From assembly GCA_021786315.1 (NCBI GenBank), contig JAJYNN010000002.1, positions 204,402 through 268,401 on the forward strand: DNA of 64,000 nt, written 5' to 3'. The notes beneath the pieces were generated by a model. The model was given only the letters and a program-made list of their open reading frames with translations. It was not told the origin of the DNA and ran no database searches. Position 1 is the stretch's first letter; the number at the start of each line of letters is the position of its first letter. Both the position numbers and the translations under genes were made by a program. This stretch comes from a bacterium (GTDB lineage: Bacteria > Patescibacteriota > Microgenomatia > Daviesbacterales > UBA10151). Of this stretch, positions 1-11,300 are shown in pieces.

Positions 1-2097
1 ATCGGTAGTCTCCTCGCTGGCTGTGCCCGTAGCGGAACCCCAAGGGGAAAAACTCCAGCTGGGTGCGCAGTTCCCGGTGTTACAATTGGTGGCACTGTAT
101 GTCCCCTCCATACCGCCGTTGGCAGCTGAGTTGGGGGTCAGGGAGACATTATCCAAATAAAGGGTGCTGGGGTTGCTTCCGGCAATAGACTTTCTAAAGC
201 CCATTTTAACTGTTTGAGCTCCTGTTCCGCTCACTTTAAAAGTGGTTTCAACCCTAGTCCAGGAAGTAGCATTTATATATTGATTAAGGGCAATTTCATC
301 AGCTGAGGAAGTAGTGTTGTAAACACGGGGATAGATATATCCTTCTCCGCTTTGTTTATACCAAAAACTATAAGTGTAGGTAGCCCCACCTGTTAAAGTC
401 ACGCTTTGTCCGTATTCCATGGCGCTGGTACAATCCGAGCAGTAGGTTACTTTTTGGGATCTGGTATCAAATAAAATACTTCCTGCCTCCGCATCGGCTT
501 TGGTAGGGGTGCCCTGAATATCTGTCCAGGAAGTAGCGGCACCTCCTGAAGCAGCTTCCATATCGCCATTGGTGATAATATTTCCATTGGTATTGGTAGA
601 GGAGTTGTAGGCTTTTTGGTCAGAGGTGCCTCCCATGTTGTAGGTCACCGGGGACAAGGTGCCTGTACCATCCATCTTGGCATAGAATTTGAGATCAGAA
701 TCGGCATAAAGCCCGGCTTCTTTGCCGGTGCCGGAGTTGTAAATGTCGGTAATTTCAGTGGAGGATAAAACCCGGTCCCAGATAGCAAAATCATCAATTA
801 AACCACTGGCATTGCCGCCGCCATTACGATGGCCGATATCAAGGTTGCCGTCAGTTGCCATAGCGGTACCACTGGCAGTACCAACTCCGCCATAGGATGT
901 GCCATTGACTTTTAAGGAGATGCTATTTCCGGCATAGTTCCAGGTGCCGACGATGTGATACCAGCTTCCCGCAGTCATTGGGCATTGGTTGGAAAATGCG
1001 CAGCCGGCTTGAATTTGGGAGCCCTGGGCACTGTTGTAGACCTGGAAATACAGTCCTGAGCTGCCGTTTTTATAGATGCTGAAATAGCGGGCGGATCTGG
1101 TGGCGGAGAACAGGTCCCGGGTGCTGGTATCAGATGCACTGCTCCAGTTGGGCTTAAACCAGAAAGAGATTGTTCCCTGGTTGGTATCGATGTGTTCGTA
1201 ATTATTGCCGGAGATTTGGGAGCCGGCAGGGACGGTTAAAGTTGAGGAGTTATAAGTACTGACGGCTTGTCCTGATTTACCGGTATCGTAATATCCGGAG
1301 GGGGTGAAGGTGGAGGAGGCAGTTTCCTCAAGCTCGTAGTTGGCGACCTCGTTGGAGGGGACAATTGATGAAAGGTAGGTCTGTTCTTCACCCATGACTA
1401 CCTGGGCAGAATCTGTCGTATATGACGAATTGGACAAATTGGTCGTATCGCTATAACCAAGACGGGCGGTGTTGACCAGGGGAGAGGCAGTTTTGGCGCG
1501 GAAGCCTAAGGTTTCCGGGCCGGCGGTGGTGGAGACCCCGACATTGGAAACCAGCTTGGCATTAGTTAATGACAAAGCATTGGAAGAAATAGAGGGCGAG
1601 CCTGAGGTGGTCCATCTAGAACCATTAACGGTTGATCCTTGATTAAAGTCATCGAAGAAGTCGAAGACCTTGGAAGGAGCTTGGGCGGAAGGGGCAGAGG
1701 CATTTCCATAATAGGCATATAAGGTTTGGCCGGAGGTAGCAATTGAAGGAACCTTGACCCAGACTTTGGTGGCAGTCTGGTTACAACCCGGATTATTTTC
1801 CTCTATCCAATATGGAAGGATTTTTCCTGAGATATCAGTTACCCTTAAATCGTTACAGGAAGAATTCATCTTTCCCGCAGTAATTAAGGAAGATGTATCT
1901 AGGGTAAAGGAAACCTGAAAATCGGTTTGGGTAGAACCTGAGGAATTGGTAACTTGAATGGGCACCCGGTAAAGCCAGGACTCATCCATCCAGGAGGCTA
2001 CCGCTTTTTGAGGAAAAAAATAACCTACCACTGCAATTAGAACCAGAGCTAGAACTGATGCTCCAAGTACATCTCTTAAAACTCGATGCTTCCTCAA
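1..2097 (-). CDS. Partial (C-terminus beyond window start) secreted/membrane-anchored surface protein: N-terminal signal-anchor, DUF2341-like domain, LamG/concanavalin-like (Laminin_G_3-like) domain, C-terminal CBM4/9-like module. Probable TTG start at 2097.
   Basis: The reverse-complement frame is open from 2097 to 1 (699 codons; I spot-checked 5 segments and found no stops). Translation begins (M)RKHRVLRDVLGASVLALVLIAVVGYFF, a TM/signal stretch. It continues ...SWMDESWLYRVPIQVTNSS (DUF2341-style W..W.YR motif), ...SWYHIVGTWNYAGNSISLKVNG (LamG-like), and ...YLDNVSL (typical end of a CBM_4_9 domain). It is absent from the ORF track only because it is edge-truncated with a TTG start. Confidence 0.55.
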   Translation of the reverse strand, partial: MRKHRVLRDVLGASVLALVLIAVVGYFFPQKAVASWMDESWLYRVPIQVTNSSGSTQTDFQVSFTLDTSSLITAGKMNSSCNDLRVTDISGKILPYWIEENNPGCNQTATKVWVKVPSIATSGQTLYAYYGNASAPSAQAPSKVFDFFDDFNQGSTVNGSRWTTSGSPSISSNALSLTNAKLVSNVGVSTTAGPETLGFRAKTASPLVNTARLGYSDTTNLSNSSYTTDSAQVVMGEEQTYLSSIVPSNEVANYELEETASSTFTPSGYYDTGKSGQAVSTYNSSTLTVPAGSQISGNNYEHIDTNQGTISFWFKPNWSSASDTSTRDLFSATRSARYFSIYKNGSSGLYFQVYNSAQGSQIQAGCAFSNQCPMTAGSWYHIVGTWNYAGNSISLKVNGTSYGGVGTASGTAMATDGNLDIGHRNGGGNASGLIDDFAIWDRVLSSTEITDIYNSGTGKEAGLYADSDLKFYAKMDGTGTLSPVTYNMGGTSDQKAYNSSTNTNGNIITNGDMEAASGGAATSWTDIQGTPTKADAEAGSILFDTRSQKVTYCSDCTSAMEYGQSVTLTGGATYTYSFWYKQSGEGYIYPRVYNTTSSADEIALNQYINATSWTRVETTFKVSGTGAQTVKMGFRKSIAGSNPSTLYLDNVSLTPNSAANGGMEGTYSATNCNTGNCAPSWSFSPWGSATGTASEETTD

Positions 2098-2364
2098 AAA
2101 GGGAATTTTAAATTTTAAATTTCTAATTTTAAATTGATTGAAAATTGCAAATTGGAAATTGTAAATTCTTCCCGAAGGGAAGTACACCGGTTCCTTTAGA
2201 TAATTGATAAGTTTTTTAAGACTATTTTTTAACATACATACCTTATATTATTTAGAAAAAATTCATCTTAGTACAAGAGATCAAATAAGATCAAAAATCA
2301 TATGTTATATTAGTTTATAGTTTGCCCTATTTGTTAATAGAACAAGTAGATTTTGTTCCTCTTT

Positions 2365-5300
2365 CTATTGGCTTGAATCCACTATCCACCAGTTGAACTT
2401 GATATCCGACGCATAGGTATGATCCAGGGAAACGATAAACCCTAGGCCCGCTTCCTGGTAGGAAACTATCAAGGCCTGGCCGCCGGTGGAGGAGGTGGCG
2501 GTCAAAAAGACCTTGGAATTTGCCGTTGTCGCCGTGGTGTTAACCGGAATCTCCGTTGCCCCGGCCGGGATAGTGGCGGTGCCGATGTGCTCGGCGCCGC
2601 TAACAGGGTTGGCAATATTTAACTTTTCCGTGGTTACGGTCTTGGCCACGACTTCGGTGGCCACAATTCTGCCGGTCTTATCGATAGTCACCTGGCCATT
2701 AAAGAAGTCAACCGTATCCGCCAGAGGAGAGGATTGGAGGTACAAAGTCCCTAAGGAGTTAATGGTGTTGCCGGAGGTAATGGAAAGTGTTCCGTCCTGG
2801 GTTAGGTCTCCGGCAATGGTGGTGTTGCCCAAAGTGGTTTCACCAAAGGACTTGAAGGAGTTTTGGATCTCGGTGTCATAAGCCTCAAGCTTGCCGGAGA
2901 TGGTGGCATCGGAGGTGACTTTCAAGTCAACCAGCTGGGCAGAGGTGGTGGCCAGAAGCGTATCCGGCGGAGTGAGTTTGAGTGAATCCACATCGGATTG
3001 GACCTTGGCCAGTTGGGCGGAGGTGGAAGCCAGTTGGGCGGAGTTGGAAGCCAACTGGGCAGAAGTGGAGGCAATTTGGGCGGAAGTTGAAGCTACCTGG
3101 GCAGATAACACATCCGCCTGGGCTGTAACTGAAGCCAGTTGGGCGGATTGGGTAGCCAGCTGGTTGTCAAAAGTCTTTAGTGTGGAGGCCACCTCAATAT
3201 AATTTGGTGTGGCTGAGCTTGCAGCTGCTGGTGTGCCTGAGGAGGTAAGGTCGGAACTATTCAGGGAGCTGTCCGCCACCTGGAGGGAACCGTTAACCGT
3301 AGCCGGACCGTCAATCTCCAAGGTTCCGGCCTTTAACTTGGGAACAATCAATGAGCCGTCCGTATCTAAAGTTAGGTTGGCTAGAATATCAGACGGATCG
3401 GCAAAGGTAACATTGACCAGGACCAAGATTTTACCGATTCCTGTTCCGGAATAATCCTGGAGGGCTTTACCGACAACTTGCCCGGGTCTGGTAGCTTTCA
3501 TACCGACCCCGGAGATAGAGGAGGAGGTAATGTAGTCGCCTGTCTGGATGGGGCCGTTTTCAGTGCTGACTTTTAGGGACACCCTTCCTGCCAGGGACAC
3601 CGGGCGGGGGTTTTCTGAAGGATCAAAGATATCGTCTCCGTAAAGCTGGTTGGGGTTGGTGGAAATGATACCCAAAATATTGCTTTGGTACGGTTGGCTG
3701 GATTTTGCCATATAGGCTTTGGATGTTGGTTTACCCTCGTGGGGGTCGGCGACAACCTTGGCTTGGCCGGTAGCAATCACCAGGTCGCCCGCCTCTATTG
3801 AGGAATCGGTAGTGCCGTAATTTTCTGCCAAGTCGGTGGCGGAGCCGTTACAATCTGTTATTTCTTCCATGGCGGGTCCGTTTGTGGCATGGCAGAGTGC
3901 ATAGGTGTTGGCAGTTGTCCTTAAATTCATGGAAACTGCTCCTGTTGAGGCTATAGAAAGACCAGCGGTGGAATTGCCGTTGTACCTAAAAGTCCAGCTC
4001 TTGCCTTCCATAAACACATCCTGATAATTAGTGTCAGTCCTGTCCCTGAAGCTCATATTGGTAATGTTGTTAGTGTTATTAAACCCAACCTGCAAGCCCA
4101 TGTTGTTAAGCCCATCTCTCCAAAGCCTGAAGTCCCCATTAACTTCCAGTTTCTGAACTGGACTGGTTGTCCCGATACCCACATTACCAGCATTCCCAGC
4201 AAACAAGGTAGCACTGCCTAGGCTAGAGTTAATATTAGCTAGATAAATATTACCTGTTTTATCAATTCTCATGTCTTCATTAGCGGTACTGGAACTACCT
4301 GAGGGGACCACATAGAAACTTAAGTAAGGATCGGCAGCATCAGCAGTGGGGGTGGAAATAGCTGCCTTTCGATAAGTTGACCCTCCAATATTAAGGGTGC
4401 CAGTTCGGGTTTGGATGGGTCCATTAACATCAAGAATAGGGCCAGTAAAAGATAACCCAGAAAAGTTTCCTGGTGCAGTTGTCCCAATACCGACATTACC
4501 TGCAAAGTAGCTAATGTCAGACGCTCCGGCCTGGTAGATGCCGTAACCAGTGGAAACTCCGGTGGCTTTTTGAGCTTCCAGGAATAAGCCGTAAGCATTT
4601 ACCAGAGAACTGCTGTGGGCAGAATCAACATTCGGGCTTTGGACATATAGTCCATAGCCGTTAGTCAAGATGTTGGCGGCGTTACCGGCTCCGGGGTAGC
4701 CTACCCTGACGACTGCTTCCAGCGCCTTGGCTGCGCCTTGGGTAGCCTGCCCCAGGTGGGTTACCTGGAATAACCCCCCGGCGACGTCACCCGAGGTGGA
4801 ATCCGCCAGCTGGTTTGCCCCCAAAATGACCTGGCCATGGGTTCCAAAAACACTGGTGGTGGCGGCGGTGCCCCCGAAATCTGCCCGCGTGTTGCTGAAG
4901 ATGCCGTATTCCGTGCCGCTGGTATTGGAATAAGTATGGTCAACATATAGCTGCTTAGCTGAGTCCGGGGTAGTGGATAGGCCAATAGTGCCGCCATTAA
5001 CATAAAGATTACCATTATTTAAATGTAGCAGTTGAGAAGGATTAGTTGTTCCTATTCCTATGTTCCCGCTTGTAGTTATGGTTAAATAATCAGTCCCGAA
5101 GTCGTCTGAGAGGGTTGAGCTGGAGATTTTGAATTTGTCAGAGTCGCTATTATCGATCCCCATTCTCCAACCTGTCGTTCCGACAATTCTAAAGTTCATG
5201 GCGGCGTCACCGGTACTGTTCTGGTCAAGATAAAGAAGGGAAGTGTTGCTGCTGCTGTTGCCGAAGATGTTGGTGAGAGAAACAGGATTGGTAGTCCCGA

Positions 5301-8300
5301 TACCGACGTTACCCATATTGGTGATGCGCAGATAATCAGGGCCGCTTGTTTTGCCGAAGTTGAAACCGCCGAGGCCGTTGTAAGCTGCGTTGTTGGCGTT
5401 GGTTTCAAAACGGATCAAGCCATAACCGCCGTTTGCGTCACCGCTGTCTTCTACCCGCTTAATGTAGCTTGTGGTGTCCCCATCGGAATACATTCTTAGA
5501 ATATCGGCGTCGGCCCAGGTGGAGATACCGCCAACGGTGATCCCTTTGCCTTCGGTTGAGCCGTAAACTTGAAGGCTTGATTGCGGGCTGGTTGTCCCGA
5601 TACCAACATTACCCTGGATTAAAGCTCCATAAGTGGGCTGGGTAGCTCCCTGATAGGTAGTAGCATCACCAATGATTAAGCTGCCGGGGGTGTACATTCT
5701 GCCTGCTTGCGATAAATCTTCAACTTTCAGGTCGTCATTTATATGAACCTCATAACCTGCTCCACCTGAACCAATATCAAGGAGATATTGCGGGCTAGTT
5801 GTCCCGATACCAACATTACCCGATTGGGAGATAAACATTCGATTAAGATTGTTGGTTTTGAAGGTAAAGTCATAGGCTCTTAAATCTGCATATTGTTCGT
5901 TGTTGGCAGCATCAGTAAAGAATAATAAACCACGATTAATGGTATCTTGGCCAATATAGACATTTGCATTAGTTCCAGCTACAACAGAGAATTTATAAGC
6001 TGGATTGGTAGTCCCGATACCAACATTGCCTCCGGCTCCGTTGAGGATAAGGGGGGTTTGGCCGGTGCCTTGATGGGTGGATTGGATAAAGGAGAATAAG
6101 CCGGTAGTGTCTACGCCAAGGCGCAACTCTTCTGAACCGGAACCGTTGTTGTTGGCAATGCGAACGATTTCGGAAAGGTAAGCGGCACTGGGTTGAACGA
6201 TGCTTAACAGGTCTTCCGGAGCCGTGGTTCCGATACCCACATTGCCGGTGCCTGATTCCGAGACAAAGGCATATTTGTTGGTGACAGTTCCGGCACCTGT
6301 CGGGGCGGCGACGTAGTAGCCATACCAGTTGGTGACCGTGCCGGCGGAAGCAGTCAAGCCCTGGTAATTGTTGTAGAGGGAAGTGACTGTACCGGATGTG
6401 CCGGAAAGGTTAACTGTGGGTACGGAATAAGTTCCGTATTGGGCAGTGTAGGTTAAGGAGTTAGTGGAGGAGGTTAAGTTTGGCAGGACTTGCAAAGCAT
6501 AGGCAGTACCGCTAGCAGTTGGCTGGTTATTTTGAGTGATATTCACCGATCCGGCATTATAAGTATTCAAACTTAAATCAGAGGAGTTGAAGGTTTCCCC
6601 GGCAGTAATACTAAGGGGAGCCTGGGACTTGATATTGGAAGCGGTGGGGTTGGTGAAGTTGAGGTCATAGGCCATAGAGACATCACCGGAGGAGGTGAAG
6701 GAAGTGGGGACATTATAGGTGGCGGAGGTACTATCAACAGTAAAGTAATCCGTAGCCCCGTTTGATACAGAAAGTAGATAGTTTGGAGCAGTGGTACCTA
6801 TTCCCAGGTTACCATTTACGGCTAGAGCTGCGGTGGTTCCGGGGTTAGCATAGCCTACACCTACAGTTCCGCCATTCGGGTTTAAGGCCAGAGGCTTGAA
6901 AGAGTTGGATAATTGGACGGATTGGATAAAGCCAAGAGAGCTTCCGTCGGACCAGATAGCCACATCATGGTTATTGGTGTCTCCGCCCATACCTACCAGC
7001 AAGCCGTTACGGTAATTGGTATATGTAGTTCCGACTCCTTGTTGGGCGATGAGGACCGCATTATTAGTGACATTATCTCCTACAATATGTAATTTGGCGG
7101 AAGCGGCTGTGCCTCCGGGAGTTACTTTATTGATACCTACATTCCCGGAGGATAAAACATTAAACTTGGAATTGATGTCAAATAAGGTAGCTGGTGCAGT
7201 TGTTCCAATACCTACATTGCCATTATCCTGAAGGTTTAAGATATTGGTGGCTGAACCCACATCAAAGGAGAGGGTAGCCACAGTAGGATTGACATTTACT
7301 GTTCTCGGCCTCATCTGGATAACTGCTGTTTTAGTTTCATTCCCAGTGGCTGAGTTCCATTCATTACTACTTAAGTTGAGAGCATAGGAGTTGTAAGCAG
7401 TGGAAGGACTGCCAACCACGGCTGTGCCGCTATAATTTAAGGTCAGATTGCCATTATAAGTACTGGCTCCTCTAAAGGTAGAAGTTCCATTGACATCAAG
7501 AAGGGTAGAAGGTGAGGTTGTCCCAATACCCACATTGCCAGCGGAATTAATCCTCAACTTTTCACTGCCGTTGGTGGTGAAGGCCATCCAGTTATTGGTG
7601 TTGTTGTATTCAATAAAACCAATATCGTCGTTCTCGTTGTCGCCCATAAGTAAATAGGAAGAGGCGGCATTACCAGAAACAATGGAAATTCCGGCGTTGT
7701 TGCTGGTAGAACCGTCGTTTCGGACCCTGAAATTAGTGACACTGCTTGGGCTGGTGAGGGTACCCAAAGAGGAAGCAACCTCCAGTTTCACTCCTGGATT
7801 AGTTGTCCCGATACCCACATTGCCGCCATCCTTAATGGATAGTCTTTCATCAGATCCTTCGTATATTCCTAATCTGTTGTTGTTACTTTCATGGGAAATT
7901 GACCACATGTCCCCATTTGACACGAGATAAAGTTCGGCATATTCGTTGGCTTGGGCTGTTTCAATGCTGGCAATAGCTCCCTGGTTGGGACTGTAGACGT
8001 TCAATAGTTGGCTTGGACTGGTGGTTCCAACCCCTATATTACCGGCAAAGTAGGAATTGGAGGCGGAGGAGGAGTAGAGGGCATATTTGGTAGCCCCGAC
8101 ATCAATGGAATTGTCCATGTAGATACCATAGGAGGTATTGACTGTGCCGGAGTTTGACCAACCGGAAAGGTTTAAGCCATATAAAGTACCGATAGTCCCG
8201 GAGGCGTTGCCAACTTCTCCTGTACCATAGTATAAACTGGCTGAACTAATCGTTCCGCTGGCAGAACTACCGGAGCGAATTTTGCTCCAAATTCCGTAGG

Positions 8301-11300
8301 CCGTTGTAATATTTCCGTTGCTTGTATTGAAGATTGGCAGATATAGGCCATAGGCGGTAGCAATGGTTCCGCTGGAAGTATTCTGAACTCTGATGTCTCC
8401 GCCTAAAGCGCCTGTGATTGTTCCGGCGTCATTGTTATTGGACTGAACTGCTATACCTGGTTGCCAGCTAATAGCTCCTGAAGAAGAATTATTGTTGGCA
8501 ATAAAAGTTCCCGGATAAATATTTTTGGCAGTAGTGGTAGTTAAATTAGCCAAATAACCGTAAGTGACAGCACTGGGAGCAATGGTCAGGTTTAAATTTG
8601 AATAAGTATTGGAATCAATACTTGACCCTCCCAGGGCCAATTTTCCCGATAGACTTTGGTTACCAACTACATCTAAAGCTTGGGAAGGTGCAGTTGTCCC
8701 AATACCTACATTGCCGCTCATTACTGCTAGGCCAGCTTGAGTGGGCATAGTGGAGACCCCAATGCCTAAGTTGCCTTTGACGTACATATTTCCATTAGTA
8801 ATATCGATAGCGGCTCGATCATCAATTCCGGTATTTACAAACCTTAAATTATTGCCTGAGGTGTCTAAAGTAGCCCCAGCATTGCGGAAATCAAGCTGAG
8901 TTAGTTTAGCTGTGCCCATCACATCCAAGAGGGAAGCAGGGCTGGTGGTCCCAATACCTACATTGCCGGATCCGATACCGTTGGTAATAGAAAGGCCGGA
9001 ATTAAGGGTAAACTGCTTGCCGATATCCCAGCCTAAAATGGCATTAGGAGTTTCTGTACCTCTTTCAAAGATCAGGTTCATAGGCTCGGTGTCAGCAGAA
9101 ACGTTATCCGCATTGATAGTCCAGTCAGCTGAATCAGTTTGGCCTCCGACAACCGTACCGACAAGGGAGGTGGCGTTGACAGTATCCGCATAAATTGTGC
9201 CAAACTTGACGCCGGCGGAACCGATGTCTAGCGATCCGGTAGAGGCACTGATAGCACCTGTCACAGTGGTAGCGCCAAGTCTGGCAGTGCCGGCAACATC
9301 AAGTTTATAGGTGGGGGAGGTAGTTCCAATGCCTACATTACCGTTGTTGAAATAGCTGGAGCCGGAGGCGTTAATGTTGATAGTTTTATTGCCGGAAGAG
9401 TAAAGGCCTATCCATCCGGCATCGACGGCATCTACTCCAACATAACCCAGACGGCCAAGTTCGTAGGTGGAATTTCTCCAGCTGACCATGTCCTGGTTAT
9501 CTTTTTGGATGGTCAGTAGGTAGTCAGGACTGGTTGTCCCAATACCCACATTGCCGGCAAGGTAGGAGTTGGAGGCGGAGGAGGAGTAGAGGGCATATTT
9601 GGTAGCCCCGACATCAATGGAATTATCCATATAGATACCGTATGAGGTATTGACTGTGCCGGAATTACTCCAGCCGGAAAGGTCTAAGCCTCTGAGGGTG
9701 GTGATGGTGGAGGCTCCGGAATTGCTAACATTTCCATATAAAGCAGAAGCAGTAGTCCAAGTTCCGCCACTGGAGTTGATCAGGTAACCTTCGACACCAT
9801 AACCGGTTGAGGTGGTGCCGGAATTAATAATGCTACCGTAGGCACCAGCACCGGTAGTAAGTGTTGCTCCGGTGACATTGGAAATTAGGCCAAAGGTTCC
9901 GAAACCGTTGGTGAAAGTGCCGGTGCTTTGGTTGTAGAGAGCTCCGGTAGCGCCGTAAGTATAGGTGATAGTACCGGAGGAAGTGTTATAGACACGGCTG
10001 TCCGATCCCATCATTGTTCTTTGGGTATTGGTGCCAGTAAAGTCCGATTCAAAGTAGCCGCCTTTGGCTGCGGGGTAGGGGCTGCCATTGTAGCCGCTGG
10101 TGACAGTGACTTTACCGTAGATGTTGTAGAGATTGGCAACTGACGGATTGGTATAGGTGGATTCTACATGCAAAGGAGCGATAGGGGAGGTTGTCCCAAT
10201 ACCTACATTTCCTCCTTCTTCAATGGTCATAGAAAATCTGGCAGGACCTCCATTGGGATAGGTCAAAAAGCTGGTTTTTGCCGGGCTTGGTTGGGTGTAG
10301 ATTGCAAATTCTTTTGTACCATCAACAGCATTAACCAGTGCCGTTGCATGGGTGCTTTGGTTATCAAAAAGGATATTTAAATCACCGTCAGGGTTGGTGT
10401 TATTAAATCTAGCTAAGTAGGTGCTACCTGAAACGTTTTTGGAGACATCGAGAGTGTAGGCTGGAGAAGTTGTCCCGATACCCAGATTGCCGGAGGAGTT
10501 GATGGTGATGCCGTTGCCGGCGGTGCCATTGGTGGTGAGGGCAATGGTATTGGCGCTTAAGCGGTAAAGTCCGGAGTCTGGGTCGTTAGTGAAGGTTAGG
10601 GCTGGGGAGGCAGCGGTACCGTCAGGCAGGTTTAAGACACTGCTGACCATTAAGGTAGCGTAGCCTGCAGTGGCTCCAGTGATGTTATTAATATAAGCAT
10701 TCTTCCAGTAGTGGTCGCCGTCGCCTAAAGATTCTACCCCGTTAGCCTCAGGGATGAGGTCGTTTGATAACCTGCCGACTATTTTGACATAGTCATCCCC
10801 GGATTCACCTAAGGTGGTTTGTCCAAGGACTTTTAAGTTACCCCCATTATCAACAGAAAACCTGTGGAGATACAGGCCGTAGTAGGGGTTCGTTGTTGTT
10901 CCGATGGTAGGTTTTACCGGCGGCGCCAATCCGGAGTTGGAAGGATAAACATTGCCGTAGGAGTCGATGATGGTTTTGCCGATAAAATCAACATAGGCGA
11001 TACCTTGGGGAAGGGAAGTGGAGATTTCGGTTAAGTTGGCATTAACGTTATCAATCTTTCTATCGGACTGCTTAATTTGTTGGGCCAGCTCTTTCCTGTT
11101 GGCGATAGTTTTGTCGTCAACCTCGATAATGGCGGTCTCATCCAGGTTAAACCTTTGATCATCCGAATTTTTATGAAATCCCAGGTCTTTGGCCTTGGCC
11201 GGGGCAAAGTTGGTAATAATGCTTTGGGCCAGGTTGTCAAACGGTTGAAGCAGGGAGGCAATAAACGATGGCTTGGAAGTGGAAGCTCCTAGCACTTGTT

